Of a stretch of DNA of 64,000 nt, positions 1 through 13,335 are shown one piece after another. This DNA is from Azolla caroliniana (Eukaryota > Plantae > Polypodiophyta): NCBI GenBank assembly GCA_043228905.1, contig JBHGNT010000015.1, forward strand, positions 6,510,001 through 6,574,000, read 5' to 3'. Every line of letters begins with the position of its first letter. Position 1 is the stretch's first letter. A model generated the notes under the pieces. It ran no database searches. It had not been told where the DNA came from and saw only the letters and a program-made list of their open reading frames with translations. The position numbers and the translations under genes are program-made.

Positions 1-3000
1 ATTGAGGAAGCGAGGACGGTCAAGGTGCAAACAAAGTACAAGACCGTGGACAAGAAGGTGAAACCTGTGGCTGCTCCATTGCCTAACGATAGTTGTGATC
101 GGATAAAGGGGGTAGCAGCTTATCCTAGCTTGTGGGACCCATGAGGAATAGGGCACCGGTTCACCGACAAGACGCGACAGAAGCTCCGGATTAGTGGGGG
201 TGGCTTCCTATTGCCTTGGGAGGAGGAAGGATTTAGAAGGATGATCGAAAGCCACGAAAGGGTTTCGCCTTCTCGCCGGGTGAGATAGGGTGTGTAAACC
301 CTAAGATCATGGAGCCAATGGTGATCTTTATGGTGCCACATGTACCGTGGAACATCAAGCCAATCCCGGTTCCGAGAGCTCACATCCCGAAGTTGATTGA
401 GCTACTCAAGGAAAAGATCGAGATGGGTATCCTCGAGCCATCAAGCGCCTCATACTCGAATCGGTGGTTCACTGTGCCAAAGAAGAACAGCACCTTATGC
501 TTCATCCAGGACCTACAACTTGTTAATCAAGTGACAATTCGAAATGCAAGGGTCGGACCGAGCTTTGACAAATTCGCCAAGGCCTTCGCTGGAAGGTCTA
601 TTTATTCGATCGATGATCAATTCCAACTAGCTGTGGAGAGTAGGGACATCACGACGATGCGGACCCCTATCGGCCTACTGTGAATGTGTACCTTGCCACA
701 AGGAAGCACTAACTCTATAGCCCACATGGTAAATGCAATGAACAAGGTATTAAGAGATTGCATCCCCGACATCACCATGCCGTTCCTCGATGACATCCCC
801 ATAAAAGGGTGCTCTGAAGTGGAGAAAGATGAAACCTTGGACAAGGATGGGTGCAAACGTTTTGTGGCATATCACAGATTCTCCGATTGCGAGAAGGTTC
901 TACAAAGACTCAAAGATGCACGCTTGACCTTCTCGAGTGAGAAATCGTCATTCGTCCAACCAGAGGTCCTTGTTGTGGGACAATTGTGCGAGGCGTACGG
1001 ATGGAAGCCATCCCCGATAAAGGTGGACCCCATCACAAACATGAGGGAAGAATGTAAATCGCAAACAGAGGTGAGGCGACTTCTTGGTGCCTATGCATTC
1101 TACCACATCTGGATCCCGCACTATGCTCACCAAGCCGAGCCCTTGTATGGGCTACTCAAGAAGGGGTGGAAGTTCAAGTGGGAGGAAGAGTACATAGAGG
1201 CAATGAGGAGGCGCAAAGGAATGTTGGTAGCGGCACCAGCTTTACAAAAAGCCGTATACAAGGAAGGGGTGCCCATCTACGTGACAGTAGATACAAGTCC
1301 AACAAGGATTGGATGGGTCATAAACCAAGAAGGAGAGGATGGTACATGCTACACCATCCGGTTCGGAGCCAAGGTCTTAAGCAAGCGACAACGAGGATAC
1401 GCCCAAGTGAAACGTGAGCTTTGGAGTATTGTGTCCGTAGTGAAGGCGGATAAAGATTACCTAATCGGGTCAGAGGTGGTAATAGAGACGGATTTCCTTC
1501 CAATCCTAGGGATGGTTTCAGGATGTGCAACACCTGACCTAGCTATGCTAAGATGGATTGCTTGCATCAAATCAATGAACCCGGAGATTCACCACATTTC
1601 AGGGAAGAACAATGCCATGGCAGATATGCTATCGAGGGCAAGATTTGAGGGCGAAAGTGACATGGTGTATGAAGATGAGGATGTCGCTCTTGACTTCTTT
1701 AAGACGGCCCAATCGTCTATAGATGATCGAGATGTGTGAGTACTCCACGCCTTCAACGAAAGTGAATACGAAGGGGAGTGGCTACACATTGGCAAGTTCT
1801 TAAGCTCAATGACGGTGGGTAGTTCATGGTCGAAGGAGGAAGCACAGAGAGTCCAAAAGAAAGCGTACAAGTACTTCCTACGAGGAGGATTCCACTAGAG
1901 GCACCCGAAGAGAAGGACGGGGACACCACAATGAGTGGTCATAAAGGAAGAGGACCAGACAACATTGGTGTATGAGTTCCACGAGAGTCCTTGGGTGGGC
2001 CATAGAGGAAGTTGGGCAACATTCGAGAAGTTAAAGGAGAAGTATTGGTGGCCGGGAAGGTACAAGGATGTCGCCCATTTCGTGGGGACGTGTGAAAGCT
2101 GCCAGATACAATCCAACATACACCATAGGGATGAGTTGCACCCGACCTACCCACTCACCATACACTTCAAATGGATGGTGGATTTGGTTTTGATGCCGAT
2201 GGGAGTGGGCCAAATGAAATATTTGGTGCTAGCAAGCGAAGACCTAACAAACCAAGTAGAAGGGCGAGCCTTAGCAAACAAAACGACGGCGGGGGTGTGT
2301 AAATTCTTACTCGAGGATGTCATCTGCCGGTAGGGATGTGTAGGAAAGATGGTGGCCGACAGAGGAGAGTTGAACGCTCACAAAGCTACAGAGCTCTTTG
2401 AACGACTTGGAGTGAAGCTCTCTCTCACGACCGCTTATAACCCAGAGGCTAATGGAAAGATAGAACGCGGACACGGGCCTATCGTAAAAGCCATTGTAAG
2501 AGCTTGCGATGGGCGAGTCAAGAATTGGCCTCGGTTACTACCTTATGCCTTATGGGCCGAAAGAACAACTCATAGCTCAGTTACAGGTTTCATGCCAGCT
2601 GAACTCATGTACGGACAAAAGTCGGTGATGCCCATTGAAGACACGATCACGTCATGGGTAGCGATGCCGTGGGAAAACGAGATGAGTCAAGAAGAGCTTC
2701 TAGCAACAAGGATAAGGCAACTTGACAGAAGACCCGACGACTTGGAGTTGGCAAAGGAGAGGTTAGAAGCGGCTAGGCTAAGTAACAATGCCCGGTTCGA
2801 CAAGACGCACCGACTACGCCCTCGGAAGATCAAAGAAGGAGACTGGGTGATTGTATATGATAGTAGTCTTGACAATCAACATAGCTCGATGCGGAAATTC
2901 GGAAAGCGATGGTTCGGGCCGTACGTGGTAAGGAGTGCAAACGATAATGCTACCTACCATCTCGCTAAACTCGATGGGACTAAGTTGGCAGTACCAATAG

Positions 3001-3128
3001 CAGGGAAGCGGGTCAAAATCTTCAAAAAGCAACACGACAGGGAGCCAAACCTCGATAACCTTGACGAAGATAAAGGGGAGCAAACAACAAACCACGGGGT
3101 CAATGAGGAGGAGGAAATGAATTTTTGA
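1..3128 (+). pseudogene. Ty3/gypsy pol (RT-RNase H-integrase), degenerate; element runs off the left edge
   Basis: RT motifs LPQGSTNS and FLDDIPIKG, RNase H (VTVDTSP...ETDFLPI...NAMADMLSR), integrase zinc finger (HESPWVGH...CESC), core TTAYNPEANGKIER and WFGPY. Split by stops and frameshifts across ORFs 309-683, 684-1739, 1935-2333 and 2349-3128. Confidence 0.93.
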
Positions 3129-3188
3129 CCACCCTCAGCCCGCCATTCTTGGCACATACCAGAGGATGTGCGGTTTGGTGGGGCTAGA

Positions 3189-4586
3189 TGTCATGATGTG
3201 GCGTGCTCGAGAGTGGGAAAAACTGGCGAAAGGGGATAGTCAAAATGTGCATGTGCAATGTGTGTGCACACAAAGGCGATTAATTGTGCATATGCAAAAT
3301 AAAAGGGAAAAGAAAGGGTGGAAAGGATGTATACAAGCTCGTGTAAAAAGTAAGAGAGAGGAGAGATAAAAGGTAGAGGGGAGACAGGCTAAGAATTTAT
3401 AGAGATAGAATTATATATTATATAAGACAGAGTTAATGGGCTAGTGGATAGTCACATTGACTTCTAGCTAGAGGTGCATGATTCAAATCTAGTCTTATAG
3501 TGCAGCGTGATTTAAGGAATTTTTTATTCCTTTTGCATTGAAGACAAAATTGACGACCCCCCTTCTTTTGTTCCTATAAAAGGAGGTCGAGGGGGTCTCA
3601 TTTTAGGGGGAGGACGTTTTTGGGAGGAGGAGACTATCACCATTTTTCCTTCAGAGCACTTCATCTTCTTCTTCACCACTTCTCTTCATCTCATACCCCT
3701 TCATCCCCTCATCGCCATGTGCTCGTCTTCTTCGCGTCAGCACTCGAAGTGCTCGTGAGCCCAAGCTTCATTGGTTCGACGTTGCGAGCCCCGTTTGTCG
3801 TTGCGAGCCCGTGTGCTCGCCGTTCGGGTTGTCGTGGTTCGTTGGGGTTGGCATTTTGGTGTTGCTCGTGTGTTCATCTTCGCCATGTTCGGTTTTGCTC
3901 TTGTCTCTAAGGGCATTTAGTATTTATGTTTGATTGAGCTTGTGGTTGACTAGAAGTTGCCATTGTAATCAAACCCTATTTTATATAGGATCCTCTAGCG
4001 TTGGAATCTAACATGTATTTATTTCTTTGGCCAATATCATTCTTGTTTCCTTCTTTCTTTCTTTCTTTCTCTGTCTTTGTCTTGCTTGTACGTCCGGTCG
4101 TCTTGTGACGAGGGAGCGTTTCGGGCGTGCCCATGCACCTCTTCTCCTCATAAAGACGTCGATGAGTCGTGATCAACGAAAGCCATGGACCTCACAAAAC
4201 AAAGGGCAACAATCCCTTGCTCAGAGAGGGTTCATAGAGTGGATTCGTAGATAAAGTTCGTAGAGTGGGTTCGAAGAGAGGATTCGTACAGTGGGTTCGT
4301 AGAGAGGATTCGTAGAGAAAGTTCGTAGAGAGAGTTCGTAGAGTGGGTTCATAGAGAGGATTTGTGGAGAGAGGATTCGTAGAGAGGATTCGTAGAGTGA
4401 GGATTCGTAGAGAGGATTCGTAGAGTGAGGATTCGTAGAGAGGATTAGTAGAGTGGGTTCGAAGAGTGCTTTATATTTATAAGATTTAAAATAAATAAAT
4501 AAATAAATATTTATCCCTTGAGTACTCCCTAGTCCAAGACCCCCGTGGTCCCGCCCAAGTAACACCGCGCGTGAAACTTTGCGACA
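3189..4586 (+). repeat. 3' LTR of the gypsy element (~1.4 kb)
   Basis: Starts TGTCATGA directly after the PPT-like GGTTTGGTGGGGCTAGA (same motif as at 14160-14177 on the minus strand). Ends TTGCGACA, after which an unrelated copia RNase H begins. TATA-like CCTATAAAAGG at ~3572. Confidence 0.75.
4222..4465. repeat. Tandem array of ~13-15 bp units (GGATTCGTAGAGA/GGGTTCGTAGAGT) inside the gypsy LTR
   Basis: Directly visible repeated TTCGTAGAG core. Confidence 0.85.
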
Positions 4587-4840
4587 CCGCGTTCTTTGCA
4601 AGATGGATGGCCCTTTGACTGTCATAGTGGAGGCGGTATTCCTCATGTCGGATCCCCAATTGTCTGATGAAGTCCTTCATTCAGCCTATCTGATTGTCGG
4701 CTTCCACGACTGCAATGTAATCTACTTCCGTTGTCGATAGTGCAACGGACTTCTGCAGTCTTGAGTGTCACGATCCGGCTCCCCCTGCATAGGTCATAAC
4801 ATATCAGGACGTGGGCAGGCTAGTATCTACATCAGCGGAC
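4587..4840 (-). pseudogene. Ty1/copia RNase H fragment, the host of the gypsy insertion
   Basis: Minus-strand translation gives RLQKSVALSTTE...MKDFIRQLGIRHEEYRLHYDSQRAIHLAKNA, cut off at the gypsy LTR end. Confidence 0.85.
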
Positions 4841-5340
4841 TGTTGGGAATATGTCCCTCCAGTGGGAGGAGGAACCGACTGTCCCGAAGTTGCTAACAGT
4901 CGATGACTACAAGAAGCCAATTGATCGAACCAAGGAGTGCCAACAGTCGAAGACAGGGAAGATCCGACTGTTTGGAAAGCCGACAGTCGAAGAGTCGAAA
5001 ATAGTGAGTCGATTGTTTGATAGTTCTACTATTATTATTATAGCAATAATAATAATGATATGTAGCAGAGGCTACATTTGTAAATAGCCCATACAGTGTA
5101 TAAGTATAAATACACTTAGGGCAAAACGTGAGAAAATATAGAATTGTAGAATAGAAGTAGCGTGAGGGTGTGTGAGACAGAGAGTGAGTGAAAGCAGCGC
5201 CATAGCTGTGTGCGTAACAGCAGATGCCAAGAGCCCTGCGTTGTTGATACACTCGAAGGAGTGTTGTAACATTCTGTGTTGTATATCCACTATACATAGT
5301 GAAGCTTTGTTCCCGTGGTTTTCTCCCGTTTTAGAGTTTC

Positions 5341-6742
5341 GATTGCCGATCCACGTCTGGTTTCGCATTCTCTCTTGGGAGTGCCGCGATCGTGTGGAGT
5401 ACCAAGAAGCAGCGGACAATTGCGTTGTCGAGCACCGAAGCCGAGTATAGAGGAGCGGTTGTCACAACATGTGAAGCCATATGGTTGAAGCAACTACTTA
5501 AGGATCTGTAGATGGATGTATCCAATCCAACGACAATCTACTGCAACAACCTCAGTAGCATCCAACTCACAAAGAACCCCGTTTTCGATGCCCGGACTAA
5601 GCACATTGAGGTGCACTACCATTTAGTTCGCGAGCGTGTACTCTCCCCGGTGAAGTCGAACTTCAGTATGTTCCGACGAATCGGCAGACCGCCGACATCT
5701 TCACCAAGCCTCTTGGTCTGGACAAGTTGCGGCAATTCTTGGGTGCGCTTGGGTTGCGTCACCTCAACGTACCGAACTTGAGGGGGAGAGACGTCCCGAA
5801 TGACCACGGAAGGGGGAGAGAAGACCGTGACACGGAGTTAGATGACAAATTCAATTTCAGATCGGCTGAAGAAGACGAGGGCAGATCCGCGGAAGATTCC
5901 GGAAGAGGACATAAGGGGAGGATTCGAAAGGAAGAGCCGAAACCAACCAAGCGTGGGGGAGACGAAGCCATCAAGGGCAATAAGACTGAAGACGAGTTGG
6001 AGACAGCCAACTCGGACGAGAGAGAAAACCGATCAGAGGAAGCTGAGTCGGTTCGGATGATTGATTCGGATATGCTCAATCAACCGAGGGCCAAGCGGAA
6101 GAGAAGGCAACAGAAGAGGCGCCAACACCGCAACAGCAAGGAAACTGAGAAGGGCCGTATGAGTAGACAAGCCGACCGGAAGGGTCGAGGCGCGCGGAAT
6201 CGAACAGGCCAGGGAGCGTGAGCGAGGCGTGAAGCCAGAAGGAACCGGAGCACAGATCCGGAAGAGCAGATGGAACCTCAAGTTGAGCTTGAGGGGGAGT
6301 GTTGAGATACAAGCTCAACATTGGTCGGATCGGTTGTGCAAGCTGAGAACCGGATCGGTTGGGATCAATCGGTTAGGCCGGACCAGTGCGAAAGTCGAGT
6401 GCGCTGACCGGTACACAACAAGAAGTCGTAGCGGTGCGTAAACCACTAGGCCGTTGGGAAGATATTCCTCGTAAGGAATAATTATGGGAGTTTGTGTAGT
6501 CGGCTCACTTATGAGCATTCAAGTATTGTTAGTACTTGTGTTAGCCCAATTGTTAGGGCTTGCATAAAAGGTGCTCACTGAGCACGGTGTATGTACAGAT
6601 TGAGTATTATTTTGAATTAAGGTTTTCCGTGTTTTCTCTGTCTCTCTATCTCTCCCTCGTACTGTGTACATTCAAGCTCTCCATTAAAACTGTGTATTTT
6701 CTGTGTTCGGTTTTCTATTGCTTCCGCACATAATCTTTTACA
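5341..6742 (+). mobile_element. 3' end of copia family C (RNase H, charged extension, PPT, LTR 6300-6742), inverted relative to the rest of its element
   Basis: RSTSGFAFSLGSAAI...SSTEAEYRG...RTKHIEVHYH; PPT GAGGGGGAG followed by TGTTGAGA...CTTTTACA, homologous to the LTRs at 36961 and 42308. Confidence 0.88.
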
Positions 6743-7284
6743 CTGGTCTTCACCGTTTGTAAAGACAAGTTCTCTTCTTGACAAGAGGTGCTGAGAGTAA
6801 CCACAAGGTTCTCCCAATTGTCCGGCAGTGTGCACGTCAGCAGGATGGCCTGCATTGCATCATCAAAGGGAAATTTGGTCACAACAAGTTGATTTACATA
6901 CCCCATGAATGTGTTGATGTGTTCGACGATGCTCTCACTGTCTCTGTATTTCAGCCGTACGATTTTTCTCATCAGCGAGGTTTTATTGAGTGCGTTCTTC
7001 CTCTCATACAGACCTGACAACTTCTGCCACATTTCGTGGGCATTTGTGTCGTTCACCACATGCTGAAGGACAGTTACGTCGACGCACTGTCGGATGGTGG
7101 CCACTGCCTTTCTGTTTAGAAGTTTCCAATCCGACACCAATACCCCCCTGGGTATGTCTGCTCTATCGACTGGCTCGTACAGGTCTTTCACGATGAGGAG
7201 TTCTTCCATCTTTATCTTCCAATCTGCATAGTTCTGTGAGTTTAGAACTATCATACCTGGGAAACCGCTCACACCTCCTTCCAT
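6743..7284 (-). pseudogene. Copia family A gag N-terminus, in the inverted block
   Basis: ORF MEGGVSGFPGMIVLNSQNYADWKIKMEELL...LPDNWENLV, preceded on the minus strand by a PBS-like TGGTAGC and the family A LTR end. Confidence 0.85.
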
Positions 7285-7417
7285 GCTTGCACCTCAAGCT
7301 ACCAGTTTGTTGAGAAATCGTTCGGTCAAATCACAACAAACGAACTATGCTGAAATACGAATCACATATATGCCAAGAAAAACAGGACAACAATCGTGCA
7401 CAAAGATTTAACGTGGA

Positions 7418-10400
7418 CCGGCGCAAACATCTCATCGTAGTCGATGTCGTGTTTCTGCACGTAGCCTTTCTCTACTAACCGGGCCTTGTATCGGTTGACC
7501 GAGCCGTCAGTGTTGTAGTTGACCTTGTACACCCACCTACATCCGATTGGCTTCACACCCTTCGGTGCGTCAATCAGGTCCCAGGTTTCATTCTCCGCCA
7601 ATCCGCGCATCTCTTCCTCCATTACAGCATGCCAATTCGCGTCCTTCGCCGCTTCTGCGTAGCTCTCCGGCTCACGCACTTCCACGACACGCATCATGTA
7701 CGCATAGTGATGCGCCATGTATTCGTTGTAACCGAACCGCATAACAGGGTTCTTCTCGCAGGTAGATCGGCGTAATTGCTCATTAGCCGATGTTGAGGCT
7801 TTTATAGCTGACGCGGACTTCGCTCTCAAAGACCCATCGTCACTTCCCTCGGAGTCGGACTCACATCGATCCAATTCGTTCCTATCCGTGTCGTAATCCG
7901 ACACCTTTTGATTCCCTTTTTCCTTGCGCGTAAGCCGTCTCCTCGGCTTCCTACGCAGGGAATGCACGCCCGAGTCTCCACTACTCGCCGGCTCTTCATC
8001 GGACTAGTCGAGCCGACTCAGTCGTTCATTCGGTCCGCTTAGCCGAAACGAAATCGGGCTCTCTTCGCGGGTCCCGATTTCAGGCGCATCCAAAGGCATT
8101 TCGGCCTCACTGACCTCATCGTCAGAACTCGGATTGGAGATGAGGTCCGGAGTCAGAGCCAAGTACCAGAACGCGGACTCGTCAAACACAACGTCGTGAC
8201 TTATGCGCGCTTGTTTGGTGTGAGGGTTATAACACTTATAACCCTTCTGCTCGTCCGAATAGCCGACCAAGATACACTTCTCGGCTTTCGCATCCAACTT
8301 CCTCCATTTCTCTTTCAGTACATGCACATACGCAATGCTACCGAAGAATCTCAAGTGTCGTAGGTTCAATTTCCTTCCAAAATACAGCTCATGCGCCGAC
8401 ACTTTGTTTCCGATCTGATTCTGGATGTATACCGCAGTTCATACCGCCGCGGCCCAATAGAACTTGGGCAAGCTCTTTTCTTCTAGCATTGCCCGCGCCG
8501 CTTCTACAATTGACCAGTTCTTCCTCTCGGCCACGCCGTTTTGCTCCGGCGTGTATCTACAACTAAATTCACGCCGAATTCCCATCTGTTGCAAATAGCC
8601 GTTGAATTGACCAGAAAAGTATTCTTTTCCGCCATCTGACCGCAAGCACTTGATCTTTCGTTCTATTTCCGTTTCCACGAACCCTTTGAGGTCCCAGAAA
8701 TAGTCGAAGACTTCACTCTTCTTCTTAATGAGATAGATTCACGTGTGCCGTGTATAGTCGTCGATGAAGGAGACGAAATATCGACTCCCGCCAAGACTAA
8801 CATTCTGTGTTGGCCCCCATACATCGGAATGTATTAACTCGAGCTTGTTCCGGCTCCAGTTACGCTCGTTGGGGAAAGGAAGTCAGTGTTGTTTCCCTAG
8901 TTGGCTAGCTTCACAAATTTGTGCCTTCCGGCCACTAAATTTGGGCAATCCGAACACCACTTGTTTCGATTGCAGGTCCTAAAGCCGTTGATAGTTGACG
9001 TGGCCTATCCGCTTGTGCCATAAGTCGATATCCGACTCAACTTTTTGTCCTTTCACGAACATTGCGCTACCACCGTCACTAGAGTCGAGGATAAACATCC
9101 TCCCGTCTCTGCGCCCTTGCGCAATAACTCGGCCTTCTTCCTCGATGAAGCACCCAAGATGCGTGAACCAGACTTGCATCCCCTAGTCAACGATCTGCCC
9201 GACCGACACCAAATTCTTCGTGATTGTCGGGATGTGTAGCACATTCATAAGTTTCCCTTTTTGCCCGACATGGCTCAAGGGAACTTCACCGACATTCGCA
9301 ATCAGATGTGGAGTGTCGTCTCCGGTTGCGATAACTCCTAGTTGCATCGGTTTCTCAAGGTATGAGAACCACTCCTTGTGGCACGTCATATGGTTTGACG
9401 CGCTAGAGTCAACGTACCACACCTCCTCCAACTTCAGGGTGATCTTCTTCATCGAGTTTGCTTCGTGTCTCGTCACGAAGACTGACCCTTTTTCGGCTTT
9501 TCCGGATCCTTCGGCGTAGTGCGATCGTTGCCGATTTCCTTAGTCGGTCTGTCCGGACCCGGTTCTCTCCGAATCGGCGTGCTTTTTCCAGCACTCGCTC
9601 TCCCTGTGGCCTTTCTTGCCATAGTACCAACATTCTGCGGCGGATTTCCCTTGCCGGTTCTCGTCGCCTCGACTCCCCCTATTTCCGGAGGGTCCGGAAT
9701 TGCTGTCAGCTTCACTTCGATGCCTTCTTCCTTGACCCCGTCGGCCGCCTCCATTCTGTACCGACTCGCCTCGTCCGCCACGACCACGGGGCTTATCTCC
9801 CTCCGTGTACAACATCTTGTTGTCGGCATGTGTGCTTGTCGACGCACCCGCGTGGTTCTCCTCTATAAGGAGCATCGACTGTAGGTCGAAAAACGACAGC
9901 GTATTCTCCCATGTACACATAGTAGTTCGGAATGCTCCAAACTTCGACGCTAGTCCCCAGAGACAGATCTGCACCATCTCGCCTTCCTCGACGTTCACGT
10001 CGATGGAGGCTAAAGAGTCACATATATCTTTGATCTTCGAGGTGTAATCGGCCACCGACAAGTCGCGTTGTCGTAGGTTGCTCAGCTCCTATCGGAGTTG
10101 AAGCTTCCTGGCTGTAGTGCTTGCGACGAAAATCTTCTTCAGATTTCCCCAAGCATCCTTCGGCGTTTTTGCATCCCGAATGTAGCTTAGAAGTTGTTCG
10201 CCCACACAAGACGCAAAGCAGTACAGTACTTTGCTTGCCAACTGTTCCCACGCCGAGAAATCTATGTGTGTCAATTCGGGTGTTGTGTCATTTGCTCCAT
10301 CGACATAGCTCCAGTAACCGTGCCCGAGCAGGTACTGGTGCATCTTGTAGGACCAAGATGCGTAGTTGTTTCTATCGAGCTTCTCCGTCGGAAGCGAGCT

Positions 10401-10580
10401 AGCCATGCCTCTATCCATCGGTTTTACCTATTCTTCTTGATTGGTTTTTCTTTTCAAGCAATGTCAGTTGCAGAGGTTCTCAACCCTCGCACTCTGATAC
10501 CATGTAAAAGATTATGTGCGGAAGCAATAGAAAACCGAACACAGAAAATACACAGGTTTAATGGAGAGCTTGAACACATA
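7418..10580 (-). mobile_element. Copia family C internal region (PBS, gag, protease, integrase, start of RT) with truncated 5' LTR 10503-10580
   Basis: tRNA-Met PBS TGGTATCAGAG at 10492-10502 (minus), gag MDRGMASSLPTEKLDRNNYASW, protease WYVDSSASNHMT, integrase CLRSDGGKEY/TPEQNGVAER, RT start YKARLV...YDEMFAPV. Confidence 0.92.
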
Positions 10581-11858
10581 TGGACAGAGGAAGAGACCGG
10601 CGAAGAAGAAGTTCGCAACGAACGGACAAATACCACGCTAGATCGAAGTCTAGAGGTAAGCCTGTGTGCTTTTATTGTAGAAAACTTGGACACTTCCAAA
10701 AGGACTGTCAACACTTAAAGAAAGATAAGAGTGTCAAAAATAATGTCGAACCCAGGAAAATTCCTGATGAGAAGAACACTTCGGCCATTGCTACGAGCAA
10801 TGAAGAAATCTTGTTCATTTGTGAACAGACGAGTGCAAATCTTGCAAGTGATTGATTTCGGGGCATCATTCCACATAACTCCGTCGAGAGAGTATTTCTC
10901 GACTTACATAGCCAGGGATCATGGCTATGATGAGATGGGTGACAGTGGAGAGTGCAGGGTAACCAGAGTCGGAAGTGTTTGCTTAACGATGTCGACAGGG
11001 TGTCGACTGACTCTGAAGGATGTTCGACACATCCCTGATATCAGATTGAATCTGATATCGACTGGAAGGTTAGATGACGAAAGCTATAGTGGTAGCTTTC
11101 GAAATGGCAAGTGGAAATTCTGTCGAGGAAATCTTATAGTGGCCCGAGCACAGAAAGAAGGCCCATTATATATGATGCATGCCTGATTGTGCAAATTGGA
11201 AGTAAATGTGGCAGCCGACTCGGTAGGAGAAATATGGCATAAGAGGCTAGGCCACATCAGTGAGAAGGGAATGCACCTACTAGTAGACAAGAAACTTCTA
11301 CCAGAAGTCAAGGGAGTGCACCTGGAGAAGTGCGTCGACTGCTTAGTCAGAAAGCAGAATAGAGCAACATTCCACACAAGACCACCGAGGAGAAGAGAAG
11401 TGCCACTGGAACTGGTACACATGGACATGTGCTATGTGGATGCTCCATCGCATCGAGGTGGACAATACTTTGTGACGTTCATTGACGACTATAGTCGGAA
11501 GACATGGGCCTTCGTACTAAAGTCGAAGGATCAAGTACTTTCGTTTTTTAAGGAATTCTAGGCTAGAGCTGAACGAGAGTCGGGTCGGAAGTTGAAGGTT
11601 GTTTGAACCGACAACGGGGGCGAGTACAGAGAGCAGTTTGAGGAATACTGCAAGTGCCAAGGTATTCGAATCAAATACACAGTGCCAAAGACCCCAGAGT
11701 TGATTGGGCTTGCAAAGAGGATGAATCGAACAATCATGGACAGGGTAAGGAGCATGCTCTCTCATGCAAAACTATTGAAATCCTATTGGGCTAAGGCGAT
11801 GTACACAACTGTTTATTTGATCAACAGATCTCCCTCAGTACCATTAAATGGTGATGTC

Positions 11859-13335
11859 TGTCATGGATAGATCATAAGCTTAAGAGACAAGAAAGAAGAT
11901 AGACAAATGGATGAGTAGTATTAACGGAAAGACTCCATAACTGGTGTTGTTCACCTTGAATTCCTTCAAGGTGAACTCCTCTATTTATACTACATGGCAT
12001 GCATACTTGTTGCATGCATGTGAATCTACAATAGAGCATGTAGGTATGCATGCATGTGCCAAGTGTAAATACTACAAGGGAGCAACTATGCACATGATGC
12101 TAGCAAAATAATAAGGACCAATTACATACATAACTGTGTACTAGATATATTGGTTAACGCATGATGCTAGATTATAACATGGTCATGTCAAGAGTTCGAA
12201 TCATGACATTATCTCCCCTCCTACACAGCCTTCCCAAATCGGCCGCTCATTTGTGGGGATATCAATGATGAAAATCTTGGACGACCTTTGGGGCATTTTG
12301 TAAATTTTCCAATGGTTCCCACATGGCCTCAGACATGAGGTAACCCCTCCATAGGACAAGGTATTGCAAGTGTCATCAGTGCCAACGCAAGTCAAGGATT
12401 TGGTCGACCTCATATTCCTCCCCTGTCATCAATTGCACAGGTGGTGGTGGTGGGGCTTGACGTCCTAGCAGTTGTGAAGCATAATGGGGTTCGAGGAGGG
12501 AGACATGAAAAACATCATGAATCCAGAAGTGGGATGGAAGGACGAGCCAGAAGGCGACGGGATTGATGCACTCGATGATACGGAATGGTCCCAACTTCTT
12601 GTAATCAAGTTTCGCACATGGACGAGTAGTAGAGATGTGTCGACGAAACAACCAAACCATGTCTCCAACAACAAAGTGTGGAGTGGCAGATCGATGGCGA
12701 TCAGCTTGCTTCTTGTATCGTTCACTACCAAGACTAAGCTCCAAGGATAAATCATGATGTAGTTCTTCCAAAATGCGGGTGTGATCCTCCGCTGAAGGGT
12801 TAACGGAAGTGGTAGGAAGGGAAATGTTGAAGCGAGGATGTAAACCATAGTTGGCAAAGAAGGGAGTGACGCCAGTCAATGCATGGAGAGAATTATTGTA
12901 GGTGAATTCCACGAGTGAAAATAAGTTGACCCAATCATCTTGTTGGTAACTAACAGAGCACCGACGATATTGCTCAAGGATTTGGTTGACACGCTCCGTT
13001 TGCCCGTCAGTTTGGGGGTGATAAGCGGATGACAACTTGACAGAGATGCCTAAAGTTTGTAGCAGGCGCTGCTAGAAGTGAGAGACAAACTGGGGTCTGC
13101 GATCGGAGATCACATCATCGAGGAGTCCATGCAAGCGTACCACATTGTTGAGTAGTAGATGCACCATTCCTTCTCCGGAAATGGTTTTGGAGCATGGAGT
13201 GAAGTGAGCCATCTTCGTAAACCGATCCACAACGACCAACACCGAGTCATAGCTATTGACCAAGGGTAGATCAGTTATCAGGTCCATAGAGATAGAGGCT
13301 CGGGGACGACAAGGACATGGAAGCGGCTGTAGTAA
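11859..13335 (-). mobile_element. Chromoviral Ty3/gypsy (Tcn1-like): integrase, chromodomain, PPT and 3' LTR (11859-12208)
   Basis: ISMDLITDLP...VVVDRFTKMAHF, SSAYHPQTDGQTER, KLDYKKLGPFRI, chromodomain EEYEVDQILD...YLVLWRGY...WEP. The LTR TGTCATG...CATGACA is flanked by the PPT GGAGGGGAGATAA (minus). Confidence 0.9.

Noticed and set aside
4222-4465. CRISPR-like short repeats
   Set aside because: The units abut without unique spacers, the context is a eukaryotic LTR, and there are no cas genes.
4836-4840. TSD for copia A
   Set aside because: The left flank CGGAC does not match the right flank TTATT at 23648-23652.
9458-10047. Plus-strand ORFs antisense to copia gag, recurring in all copies
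   Set aside because: They are explained by the GC-rich codon usage of the sense gag frame and show no recognisable domains.
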